A stretch of DNA of 55,329 nucleotides, from NCBI GenBank assembly GCA_021432655.1, contig MU271204.1, positions 111,019 through 166,347 on the forward strand, written 5' to 3'. The translations under genes were made by a program, and so were the position numbers. This document shows, in pieces, positions 11,270 to 22,757 of this stretch (position 1 is the stretch's first letter; every line of letters begins with the position of its first letter). Below the pieces are notes generated by a model. The model did not search any database and was not told where the DNA came from. It saw only the letters and a program-made list of their open reading frames with translations. The stretch is from Atractiella rhizophila. Taxonomy: Eukaryota.

Positions 11270-11555
11270 GATACTCTCAGTGCAGCAACTCTGTCTCGAT
11301 ACTTCAAAGGCAAGGACAAAATTTGGGAAGAAGCAGACAAATCTGAAAACTTAGCCATAAAAAAATGACACGTTGTCACCTATCTAGAGGTCGAGGCAGC
11401 ACTCATCCAATGGGTCAAGCAGCAGCTTCACAGTGACATCATCCTCACTGATGCGGTCCTGTGTGAGAAATGGAGAAGATTTGCAATAGCCATGGTGATT
11501 CCTGAAAGCGAATGGCTCTCATTGTCAAATGGGTAGCTTGATCTGTTTAAACAAC
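11270..11555 (+). pseudogene. pogo/CENP-B-type HTH DNA-binding fragment of a transposase
   Basis: Translation through stops: LSAATLSRYFKGKD...KK*HVVTYLEVEAALIQWVKQQL..DIILTDAVLCEKWRRFA..MVIPESEWLSLSNG*LDLFKQ, which matches the CENP-B/Tc5 HTH. A possible right end ...ttccctg-TA lies at 11904-11906. Confidence 0.75.
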
Positions 11556-12111
11556 CTTAAGTTTTTGCTTTGTGGTTCCAGTTGATTCCAAACACTGTAT
11601 AACATACATACTTGTGATATCTGATGTTTTCCGATGATATTCCAGCCACAAGTCCCCTTTTTTGCTGCCCCTACTCATATGCAAGCACCTTTTATATGCA
11701 AGCTTAGGTGGTCCACCGCGGGCCTACATGTTTAGGGGTCTGACTGTACAACATTTTCCGTCCTGCTGGAATATGCAGGAAACACCGAAAATTATGGCTG
11801 TGTTGCTGATTATTTCCTGGATTTTCATGAAGCAGAAAACATATGAGAATGTATAGTAGAATAAAATCAAAAATGTATAGATCGTGAATAGCTGCATTTC
11901 CCTGTATTATCCTGCACCCCCTCCCCCTCTTTCCTGGTTGTACGCACCTCCTCTGTCATCAGATCCCCTGCAGGTAGAACCTCTGAAACCCATCTTCCCA
12001 TCTCTTCTACGCTTGCCATACAAGTCCGTCTTGCAGCATATTATAACTGTCCCTCCATCATCGAGGGGACAATGGCAGGAGTCATGGTATGATGATGAAG
12101 TGATGTGTCGA

Positions 12112-12200
12112 GGGGAGGATGGTGAGTGGGCTAAGCACCAGTCCTGGCCAGCCAAACAACAGTTTTTATGTGGCTGTGGGTTCGAATCCCACCCTCCTCA
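12112..12200 (+). pseudogene. Degenerate tRNA-like sequence (tRNA pseudogene or SINE head)
   Basis: Perfect T-arm gtggg-ttcgaat-cccac (B box), an A-box-like tggtgagtgggctaag, and ggggagg/cctcctc acceptor-type pairing followed by A. No recognisable anticodon arm. Confidence 0.55.
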
Positions 12201-14299
12201 CCTTGCTTGACCCAACCAACCGCCCTGGCTTGACCTGGGACACTGATACTGATGTCAGTAGCTGAGGGTGAAACCCCTCCGCACACTATTGGTACCACTG
12301 TGGATGCACAGTACAGGGGCGTGGTGCTGTGATGGTGCCAAGCCTCCCCTTGTTTCTTGGTGAACGCGTTTCCAATGTGCATGAGATCTGCAGCCTTCAC
12401 ACAAGTGACAGAATTATGCCTCTCCTCCTTTCGCCATTTGCGCGTTTAGTTTCCTTCGATTTGCCACATGGATCTCTCTGTTATAAAAGCTTGTAAACCT
12501 GCAAGTGCATGACTTATACTCATTGTTATCTCGCACTTCACAGGTAATGTAGTTTCCTTACATACTAAATGCAACTCATACTCATTGTTATCTCGTACTT
12601 CGCAGCGCTCACACATTTATCAACAAGGAGATAGGACATTTAGCCGAAGCTTGCGATCCGAACACGATTGAAATCTTTCTAGAGTTCCACTGTCCATGAC
12701 GTTGCGCACATTGCAAGGCTGGATGCGGAGAGGGTAGTCGGCGTTAAGTTTGATATTGAGAGCCAGGATTTGTAGTTCACTCCGTTAGAATTAGCTGATA
12801 AAGGGAAGTAAGGCACAACCTAGTTTATCCAGCAGCGATAATCGATCGATTCTCAGAATTACGACTTTCCCAGTCCAAACCTTCTGAATGGTTGCTGTGG
12901 CACCGTCACTTCATTTCTTTCTTAGTAGTAGCTTTGGCATCGCCGTGTTTCCTCTTTTATTCAGCCACGTGAAACCTTGACTGTGTAATTATAATGGCAG
13001 TCTGTTCAGAAAGTACGAAACAGAACCGACTGTCAAAGGTTTTGACTTGAGTTTGGATAATTGAACGATACTGAATTTGTTCCTTTGAATAACGATTGAC
13101 ATTGTCAAAAGACGACCAAAATGTTCCTGATTGCCAGTGCTGCTGATGACCAAGTTGGCCAAAAGTGACCACGTGACAAGCGGACTACGGAGAAATGTAC
13201 CAAAGTATTGGATAACTGAGGACAAGTGAAGTTTCAGAGGTATTGTAGCAAGAGGATATTGTGATGAAAGTAGAATGGACAATAACAGTTGTGATGGCAC
13301 CAAACTTCCGTAGGCACAAAAAGCTGAGGAAGAAAGCAACGCAACAGAAATGGTTATGAGACCGAAAGTATTCATAGTGAAAATTTGGGGGCTTGGAACC
13401 GCTGGAATCACAGATTTCACATTGTATCCCACAACAAGCAACACATTTTGATGGGGTCGATGTCGCCGACCAGTTGCACTCTGAGTCTGCAAGAAATGAA
13501 GTGTTTTCTGATGACGGCAGGACGCTTATCTAAACCATTCACCCATCACCCACCACAGCAAAGCCAGAGGCAGAGGATGTAACTCACATTTATTTTGAAT
13601 GTCGAAATTTTGGCAGACACATCTTTTCCCCTCAGCTTCATCAGATTAATTCATGCGATGCCTTGGGAATGGGAAACCAACGCTTGACCTAAAAACGACC
13701 GCAGATATGTTAATCCCGCCTTCAGAACTGGAGCACGCAGAGGAAATCAGTACTGTCCTCGAAGCCACACAAGTCCATCAATCGATGAAGGAAAGTACTC
13801 TACACCATTCATGTCCAAACCCTTTGATACGACGCTGAGAGATCATTGTGTCAGTGGGGGTGCTTTGAGTAACTCACAAACCTGCGGGGAAAACTAAGAG
13901 GACAAAGAGGACCGATTTAAGCTAGCCTGCAAGTGTGGATCTAGTGCGTAACGTATGGATTACTATCACCTCGTCAGCAGAACTAGACCTGTGTAGGACC
14001 GTAAAATCTGCCAGAGAATAAAGCTTGCTTGATGCCTTCCTCCAGATGTAAATTTCCTTTGTTGCATTCATGTCTGGCAAAGACTAATGGTACAGAAAGT
14101 GCCTGGAAAATGAAGATACAGATTGATGACCATGAAATGAGTGAGCCTCTGAAGCGAAACTGAGAATGAGCTCCTTTTAAGCAGGGGAAACAAGCTGGAA
14201 GAGAAGAATCGAAGAATTAAGGCGTTTCAATGATACTGATCAGTGACTTGATTCATTAGCTCAGTCACAAAGTTTGGAGTGCATTCACAGACAATGACA

Positions 14300-14580
14300 G
14301 AACTGGACCCCAAATTCAGACGTGAAGGCTCGATCATGGTATTCAAACATGAGAAAGCGGGTTGTTTTTGCTCTCAAACAAACCAAGATTGTTCAAGGCC
14401 GGCCGGCTGCGAATTACATCATGGTCTGTCGAGAAGCCTCGAGAGTTGCAAGAGAAGAACACGACTGTTGACTACAGGAAATGGGTCACGAAAACCCAAA
14501 CTGATGACAAGGTTGAGGCCCTGAACGGAGCTGGAATGAAGTGAGGCAGTTCATCCATCGGAGAAGGCTCAGCCTGGTCG
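14300..14580 (+). pseudogene. Possible Ty3/gypsy gag remnant
   Basis: An unannotated frame reads KARSWYSN...ALKQTKIVQGRPAANYIMVCREASRVA, resembling the retrotransposon gag 'A..W...' and 'Q....V..Y...F......' motifs. Several stops follow. Confidence 0.3.
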
Positions 14581-17500
14581 CTCTCACAGATAGAGCCAGC
14601 CATCATTTCCGCTGTTCATAACCACTGATCTGAAGCATTGTGGCAAACTGGTCACCCCGAGGGTTTTGTGCAATTTCGGGGAGATTTGCGCCGCATCTGG
14701 CTGCAAACACAAAAGTGGTTGGACCTTGAATATTGTTGGACTTCAGGTTGAGTGACGAATCGATGTTTTGCACCCCATAGTTAGCCGCTCCATTTACCTT
14801 CCCCCTCGATCTTCCTCCGGCTTCCATCCCTATTTCTCTCCTTCGAGCTCCTTCCCCATTTTGTACACCTGACTCCAGCGCGGCACCGACTCTTAGGGGC
14901 ATCTTCTGTCGCCATTCTGTCCACACGCTTGACCTTTCTCTCAAGCAAGTAGCGACAACACAGAGCACTGCATAATTCCCATATGTGGCTAGAGGCCAGA
15001 AGGGGTAAGGAGGCGGCGGAAAAAGTGTCGAAATCTGGAAGAAGACGGCGGAGGATGGGTTTGATGCTGTCAATAAGAATGCGGTCGAACTGCCTCGCTT
15101 GCGGCGGATGTAAAGCTGGATGAAGGCCTTAGAAGGGATGGTGGCTACGATTTTGTGTAGGAGTGCAATGAATAATGGGAACCTGGATCCGGAAAGACTA
15201 CTGTGGTGGCACAGAGACACCAATCAAGGTAAGCCTGCCTCCTTTCTTCTCTACGATGGTATTTATGTTCTACCATTCAGAAGATTAGATTGACAATTGG
15301 CTACAGAGCAGCCACCGCTGCGGACCATCCCTCCTCTGCGATTCTCCCCTTCATCCCTCCAAAGGCATCCAGCATCCCCCCCACTGTTTTGCGTCCCAGT
15401 CCGACAACATACAATCGTTCCTTTCAGGCTTGCAGAAGAGGACATAGAATTCTCCCAGAGCACCGTTCCGTCGAAAAGAAAGTAACAGCACGACATAGCA
15501 GTGTGTTCCGTTACATCCCCTCTGTGGATCATTCAGCCTTAGCAGCGTGGCAGGTGTTAGAAATGGCGGAGAGACCCTCATATATTGAATGCCTCAAAGC
15601 GTGTGCGAAACTTGCCCACCCTTTTACATACAGCAGTAGCAAGAACTATACTTTCACCACGCTTCAACTCAATGTTGCCGAGATATCCCTACGGTCAAAA
15701 GCAACCTCTTCTTTCCAACACGGTCTTCGGTCAAAATCAACTCTCCATGAAGATAAGGATTTGAGCACCTGGTTAGGAAAGTACGGCCAACTACATGTGG
15801 ATATGAAGGACGCAATCTTGGGAAGAACGGTAGCATTGTTCTTCTTAAATCATAGCTGTGGTAGGTCCTTTTGTCTTCAAATTTATGTCCTTCTCCTCAA
15901 GCACGGCTTTGAGCTGATGAATTATTGGATTGGTTGGGCATTCATGGGGGAAGATTCGGTCTCGTCCGTTCAGGCGAATGGAAGAAACCCACATGGAGGA
16001 AGCAGGTTATGTAGCTTGAGGGACTTACAAGAGAGCGTGGCAAATGGTGAGATGGAGGTGGACTCGACAAGCGACATGGATCAAAGAACCTTTGAGCAGA
16101 TCAAAGAACCTTTGAGCAACTCCCTGCCGATGCCGTTCGTATTGGTTACATCAACTACGCAACTGAATTGGCAATCCACCGTCAGATACCGCTCTCTCTC
16201 CAGCCGGCAGATATCAACACGGAGCTCACTACAAAGTCCTTACCATCAAAGCGCAAGACAGCCTCCATTTTTTGTATGAGACTCCGAACGAACTTTTTAA
16301 TTGGCCGAGATCTCGTTGGTGGTTTTTTAATCTCTACGAGAAGCGGCACCACAAGAGAAATGATGCGAAATTTTTGGTCGTCCCACAAGTCGGTTAGATC
16401 GGGAGGGAAGCTGGAGATTTTCTCGCCAGACTCGCGATCAACCACGTTTTCAAGATATGCCAGCGCAAAGTCAACTATCACACCGCGAGCTATCTTGTCC
16501 GGCATAGTGTCGAAACTGTCGTCTCCACCTCCCCTCTAGGCATCCTCCAACATCCCTCTATAAATCCAAAACTGGGGGAGCACAGCCAAGGGCCATGTAT
16601 CCTTATCACAGTTTATTGCTAACAATAGCAGCTGCATGGTCCATATTCCATAGCTGGGATATTCAAGGCCACGGTAGTTATATCGACCACTACCTGATAT
16701 CATCAAGGAAGTGGAAGTCGACCGATCACACCAAGTTTGCTACACCCCATCACTCGAATCAGTTTATCCTCTGAGGAAGAACTTCCGAAAAGATTTGGAG
16801 GAAATAGCTACAAGAAACTCGATGATCTGACTTGCCAATTCTAGTTGGCTAGGAGAGTGAGATTGTGGTTCTGCCATCATCAGACTGAGAATCAATCGAA
16901 TAGCTAGCCAGCCGTAGAGCTCGGATGGGACGAAATCGAAAGCAAGCGTCGTCGTGTCTCGATCGATCGATGGCAATTGCCCCTAGGGTTCGCGCAAGCC
17001 ACCAGGTTGTTAGGTTAATTGGGTTATGTTGAATAAGTTCACAATTATGAACATATAGGGGTAACGATTCTTATCAGATGAAGCTCAACAACTTCGTCAT
17101 GCCTACTTTTGACTTTCTGGTTGCTTGAGCTCAACAGCAAAGAATATGATAACATGGGTCAAAGGGCACACATTCAGGTATGAAGAAAAAAGGCAGGGCT
17201 GGGGCAATAACGTGTATGAATCGGTCCGTTTCGTTCAATCATAGCATATCGTAGCTGTAGGTGTCAGGTGCAGTTAAACGTCGCTTTGACATCAATAATA
17301 TCCAAAGGCGAAGGGTATCAGCCATGAACAGGCATGGACCCTCTGGAACTTGCACTGGGTTGAGTGCTCTGGTAGTATCCCACGCTCCTCCAAAGATCGA
17401 ATCTCTCTTCAGGTTCGAACCTACTCGTCCGGTAACCCATAGAGCCACAAAGCACAGCAGATATTGCGGAACGACCAGAGCATGTTGGGTCTGAAATGAG

Positions 17501-19424
17501 CAAGGGCGGCAAGAAAAAAAAAACAGGAAAAAAAAGTGGGGGAGTGAAAGGGGGATTACAACTTTTCCAATAGCTCCAATACAGGGCTCAGGACCGTTCC
17601 AATTGGCGCAGCCTTTTGGTTGGGATTCGAGTGGTTTTGACGGAAGCATGGCAGTTTCGGAAAGTAGAATGCGTTGTTCCTATTTGGCGTAACCAAATTT
17701 TATGAATCGCTTTAAATCACTTTCCGACTGGCTGTAGCTACGCGTTTGACAAAGCAATTGAAAAGCTAAACAAGTATCACATTCCCTCTCGTTCCTGTAA
17801 GGTCTACATCATTGCTACGGGTACGCACATGCCCCTATCTCTACTTTCATGGAAATAACATACTGTTAGTGTGTCATCCGCTCCATCGTGCTGCTTTCTT
17901 CCATAAGTACGGGTCGGATGTAAAGCGGCGAGCGGTCGACGTTTTCCACCAGAACAAGCATGAAATCATGTCCCAGGATTCAAAACAAGTCTCTTATGGA
18001 TGACTGGACCCATTGGCATCAAGGAATGCGACAGCGACCACGTGGCCTTTCCTCCAATCATGCTAATGACACTCCACCACCATCAAAAGAGCACCGATGG
18101 TCCTTCTAACTGCTCGACGTCCAAAGTGGCATGCTGGTAGAAGTTAGTGTCTCTCCACGAAGAAGGAAGGCTCCGCTGTTAGAAACACATTCACATGGTC
18201 CACTTTCTGCAGAGACCAGTCAATATAAAAATAAGATATAAAGCAACATCCCCTAACTCTCCTTTCACAATCTTGGAGACGGCTTCATAAATTGTCCAAA
18301 CATCTTCTGAGACTTTCGTATTCGACATCTTGACATCCGGCTTGGGCATCTTGAAGATAACTCTTAGGTCGTAATCCTTGACCATCAAGAAAGAATGTTT
18401 CCTTCTTGCACAAAGCAGTGCAACCCAAAAGCGAAGACGTTTGGAAAAATAGGAAAGACTGGAAGGCCATCCTTTGGCATATGCATCCCATAATAATAAT
18501 ATGAGGAAGGATGGATGGGTAATTCTTCAGAGGCTTCTTCTTCCTCTTCTGAATATCCTTGACGGCATCAAAAACGACCACCATCGCCAAAAAACCTATC
18601 GTATAGTTTAAAAAACACTCTTCACTACATATAACTCCTCCACCTCCCACACCTCCTCCACAATTCCGCCTGTAGACCCCTCACCCCACCGACATCCTCA
18701 ATGACTCCTCCTCCAGGCTCTCGGAAGGGCAGGGATGAGCCAGCATCACTCACCCCTGTGAGGGAAGGTGAAGTAGAATCAACTTCAACTTGGGATGCCC
18801 TAGCCAGGCTCCCTGAGTATGCCAGCAATGCTCGCATCGAGCCTACCACCCTGAAAGCCAACAGATTTTTCAAAGAATATCTCCCAAATCCCACCGACCA
18901 AAACGACCCCATCAAAGTCCTACAGCTACTCTGCGACTTCTTGGACGACAACTGCAGGCTTAAAAGGACACACCTTAATGATGTTCAAGAGTACCCATTT
19001 TGATTCTGGTATCTCACATGAGCACAATGCTAAACGTGACAAGCCGAGAGAGAGATTTGCCCCAATTATCGGAGTTGGAAGGATTACTCAGTCAAGAAGG
19101 GGGTTGTAACCCTGAAAGGCCAAATTGCTGATCCCAAAGACGCCGTGGCATCCCACTCTCATGCAGTGAACCCGGCCTCACTAGGAGTGAGAACGGCGGA
19201 AAGCATGGCTTCTCATTTGAGAATGATACATAACGGAACCAACGCTAAGCACCTTTCCTCCATCCTTCCACTCTCCCATTCTATTTCCCACCCAAACCTT
19301 TCCCCCCCTCCCGCTCACAATACCACTAACGAGGCACTCCAGCTCACCCTCACATGGAAGGCTCCAGAACATTCAGAAGCTTCCTCCCCTCTCGACAAGC
19401 TGCTCGAAGAGGGCACTGTACCTG

Positions 19425-19531
19425 TGTTGGAAATCTACGGGCTGAGGAGCGGAGCTAAGTATGACTTGGTTACGTTTGGCTGAGCTCTTGCAAACGCATG
19501 AGCACCAGGAAATGGAATTCTATATGTTTAT
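19425..19531 (-). mobile_element. Inverted 3' half of the copia LTR family below
   Basis: Reverse complement of 19631-19737 with 3 mismatches in 107 nt. Confidence 0.9.
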
Positions 19532-21119
19532 TGTTGGATTTTGCAGTCTAGTTTCGTGCCACTCAGTGGCAAAGTTTTTTAGGTTTCTGGAATGTTCTAC
19601 TATTTTCTAGTTGCCCCTGCTGTAAGATATATAAACACATAGAATTCCATTTCCTGGTGCTCATGCGTTTGCAAGAGCTCAGCCAAACGTAACCAAGTCG
19701 TACTTAGCTCCGCTCCTCAGCCCGTCGATTTCCAACACAAACGCATCCGGTTAGACCACCGTCACCAGTCCAGAAGAGCGGATCTGTACGACCCACGCGC
19801 CAGCCATGTCGACCCACACTGTTGGAATTCATTCATTCATTCGCGAAATTCCAAAGCTCGATGGAACAAACTATGCAGACTGGAAATTTGCTGTCACCCT
19901 CGTCCTGAAGAAATGCAATTGCTGGGATATCCTTACAAGCACGACAGATGGTGTCCAGACAAGGACTGCATCAGATGAAACGAAGAGACAGCTTGAAGAC
20001 TCACTTACAATAATTGGACTCAGCCTCGATCTGTCGCAGTTCATGTATGTTCGAAGCAGCACTACTGGTCCAGAAGCATGGAAAGCCCTGAAGGAGAAGT
20101 ATGAGAAATCCTCAAAAGCGAACAGAATCACCTTGAAACGCGCATTTTACACGACAAAGCATGATTTCAGCGCCCCCATTGAACAATTCATCTCCCACGT
20201 CCTTGAATCAGCATCAAAAATGAAATCAATCGGCCTAACCCTGTCAGACCAAGATATTACGGATGTCCTGACATTCAACCTTGCAGAAACATGGGGAAGC
20301 CTTGCCAGCACGCTCATGGCCACGACAGGGGAGCAGACAATTGATGAAGTCGTTTCAGCACTCAGGGATGAAGAGAAGAGAAGAGGTGGAATACCAGGAG
20401 AGATAGAGATAGCTGCAATGGCTAGAGCAGCGCCTAAATGGGAAAGGAAGGAACAACAGAGGGAGAATAGTCGAAGATTTGAACGATATTCAGAATCCCA
20501 GAATAACGGTACCTCGCAGCCTGTTGGATATGTGGTAATCCCACTCACATTGCTCGAGATTGTGACAGAAAAGCAAAGCCACAGGAGAGTACACACCTAG
20601 CTATTAATGAAGCTTTGATCGATGCAGCTTTTTAGAAGAAGGAAGAAGATTGAGAGTAGGAATAGTTGAATGGTCTTAAGATCCGGTGAAATTTGGCGAA
20701 TGGTGGCCGTGTATCATCTTCAGGCTTAGGAAGAAGATCTTTCATCGTTGGTGAAGCATCATGGGACAGCTATGACCTCGTATTGATGTGCCTTGAAGCG
20801 GCAGAAGCAAGAAATCGGCGGAGTTTTGAGGAGTATTAAAGTTTGAGATCCCCTTGTTGAGAACTGAATTGATCCTTGTTTACCTTTTAATGACCTTATC
20901 GATTAACTTTACTTTCTATTGATTACCTCGTGGCACTCCACAAGCCTGGGCGGAAGTGTTGGATTTTGCAGTCTAGTTTCGTGCCACTCAGTGGCAAAGT
21001 TCTTTAGTTTTCTGGAATGTTCTACTATTTTCTAGTTGCCACTGCTGTAAGATATATAAACATATAGAATTCCATTTCCTGGTGCTCATGCGTTTGCAAG
21101 AGCTCAGCCAAACGTAACC
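19532..21119 (+). mobile_element. Non-autonomous gag-only Ty1/copia-type LTR retrotransposon
   Basis: 5' LTR 19532-19737 (TGTTGGA...TCCAACA, TATA at 19628). 3' LTR 20957-21119 is truncated and shows 4 mismatches over 163 nt. A purine-rich gggcggaag precedes the 3' LTR. The 1.2-kb interior holds gag only, with no pol. Confidence 0.9.
19806..20635 (+). CDS. Copia-type Gag (UBN2/Retrotran_gag_2-like) with a frameshifted CCHC knuckle
   Basis: IPKLDGTNYADWKF.V..VL....CWDI, AWKALKEKYEKSS.ANRITLKR.FY, L.NL...W. The knuckle CWICGNPTHIARDC at 20522-20563 lies in another frame and ends at TAG 20633-20635. Confidence 0.85.
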
Positions 21120-21925
21120 TTTCGGCAATCCCTCTTCCAATGACCTTCGATGCCACTTTTATGGCATTTGCCCTTTTTCTTCTCGCTCTTCGACCTCCCT
21201 CCACCGCTACTTCCACCTCCCGACGTGGTATAGTTCCTTCCTACTCCCCTAGACCTCGTAACTAACGCTTCGCTAGGTTTTGAGTCTGGATTCCTTCGAT
21301 CGGCTTCGAGCAGGAGACGGCAAGCGACGTAGGAGGACGTGAAATCAGAGGAGAAGACGGCGTTGAACGAGGAGACGACTTCGATCCAGGACGGCAGTAG
21401 GGAGATCAACAGTAGCATCGCGACATCCTCATCATCCGTCTTGTCACCCATCGCCTTCAACTCTTGCCCCATGGTGCGAATCCGATTGACATGATCTCGC
21501 ATCAACTCACCCTCGACGTAACGCGCGGTGTAGAGCTTCTGACGGAGGAGAACACGAGCCTGGCGGTCCTGGGTTTGGTAGAGCTCCTTGAGCCTATCCC
21601 AAACCTCCTTCGGCTTCTCGACGTCGATATCCAGGATATCGGTGACTACCTGGTCTTTGCAGGCTTCGATAATGATCGAATAGGCTAGGTTCACCCGTCT
21701 CGTCCAGTCCTTCTGCGACGCCTTGACCTTTGCGACTTCCTCCGGCTTCCCAGCCTCTCCACCAACGGCAACGGGTTTGACATCCGTCCCAGCAATGATC
21801 CCCCAGCAATTCTTGCCGAGCAGCTTCGCCTGGACATGGAAGTACCAGATGTGGTAGTTCTCCCATCCCTCGAGTTTTGGGATAGTCGAAGAAGTAAGTA
21901 TGGTGGTGTCATGATTTTCAGACAT
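21104..21925 (-). CDS. Second, different copia Gag, truncated right after its zinc knuckle
   Basis: IPKLEGWENYHIWYFHVQAKL....CWGII, VWDRLKELYQ, MRDHVNRI..MGQELKAMG....DED.AMLLLISL..SW, and knuckle CHKSGIEGHWKRDC (second Cys changed to Ser). The last codons are read from the other element's 3' LTR. Confidence 0.88.
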   Translation of the reverse strand: MSENHDTTILTSSTIPKLEGWENYHIWYFHVQAKLLGKNCWGIIAGTDVKPVAVGGEAGKPEEVAKVKASQKDWTRRVNLAYSIIIEACKDQVVTDILDIDVEKPKEVWDRLKELYQTQDRQARVLLRQKLYTARYVEGELMRDHVNRIRTMGQELKAMGDKTDDEDVAMLLLISLLPSWIEVVSSFNAVFSSDFTSSYVACRLLLEADRRNPDSKPSEALVTRSRGVGRNYTTSGGGSSGGGRSKSEKKKGKCHKSGIEGHWKRDCRKVTFG

Positions 21926-21970
21926 TTCAGGCTGACTAGGTGGCAGGGAATTCGGCTAGATGAGAACGAT

Positions 21971-21982
21971 CTCTCGCTACCA
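21971..21982 (-). promoter_or_regulatory. tRNA primer-binding site of the second copia element
   Basis: TGGTAGCGAGAG on the minus strand, 2 nt after an LTR-like end ...TTTATCA (21985) and 46 nt before the gag ATG. A TGG start is complementary to tRNA CCA, and TGGTAGCG resembles the Ty1 initiator-Met PBS. Confidence 0.75.
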
Positions 21983-22757
21983 ATTGATAAAGATTACGAG
22001 CGGTGGGGCGAGCGGGACTGCAAGGTGTGAGACCAATCAAAACTCTGGGTCTCACACTTGCAGGGGAAGTTATTTTATAGCATAAAAGCTGAGTAATAAG
22101 AAAAAGGAACCAAGAAAATATGACTTCATACCAGCAAGAGAAAGGAGGGTGCGTTTATGCTCCCGTGGCCCCATCAGAGAATACTGAGATACAAAAAGAA
22201 AAAGTGTGAGAAGGCCCGAACTAATATGGCTCAAGCAGGAGTAGGCTAAATCCCTACCCTGTTCAAGCCAACATAGAAGGAGAATAGTGTTGTTGGAGAT
22301 GGGGAACCTGGGAAGGATATTAAAACTCAAAGTACCAGTGATGGATTTTGGCAAGCTGGAATAGTGACTTCAAGAGCTTGAGCGCACTAATGGCGCAAAG
22401 AAAGCCGAAGTGGACTAGGTGCATCTGAATACTCGCTACTGCATCAAGTAACATGAGGTGTAGTCATATCCCTCATCTCAACCGTCAGCCGCCTGGATCA
22501 CCTCCTCATGCTCCATACGCAACAGCCCCATCTGGATTCTATCTCCTGCCGTGTCGAAGCCAAAGCCCTTGTCTCCCATTTAGAACGCCCGCATGAATCC
22601 CGCAAACCTGGCAGATACACACCCAACAACATCGCTGTGCCGTCTGTCAGGAATAACAGACTATCTTCTGGAGATGACTGGAGAGGGCCTATCCCAGGCA
22701 GCCCACATACGCGAACGGAGCAACACTCAACACTCCTCCCGGCACCTTGGCAAAGAT

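Noticed and set aside
16080..16118. 19-bp direct duplication atcaaagaacctttgagca
   Set aside because: Real, but a simple slippage duplication with nothing inserted between the copies.
15290..16279. 329-aa ORF as a named gene
   Set aside because: No recognisable motif, a non-ATG start, low-complexity ends and overlap with another unassigned minus-strand frame (16182-16976). It may be coding but cannot be supported or named.
18030..19424. Named genes in the short ORFs left of the copia cluster
   Set aside because: The fragments look coding but have stops and no diagnostic motif. The end of ORF 19145-19483 is simply read through the inverted LTR.
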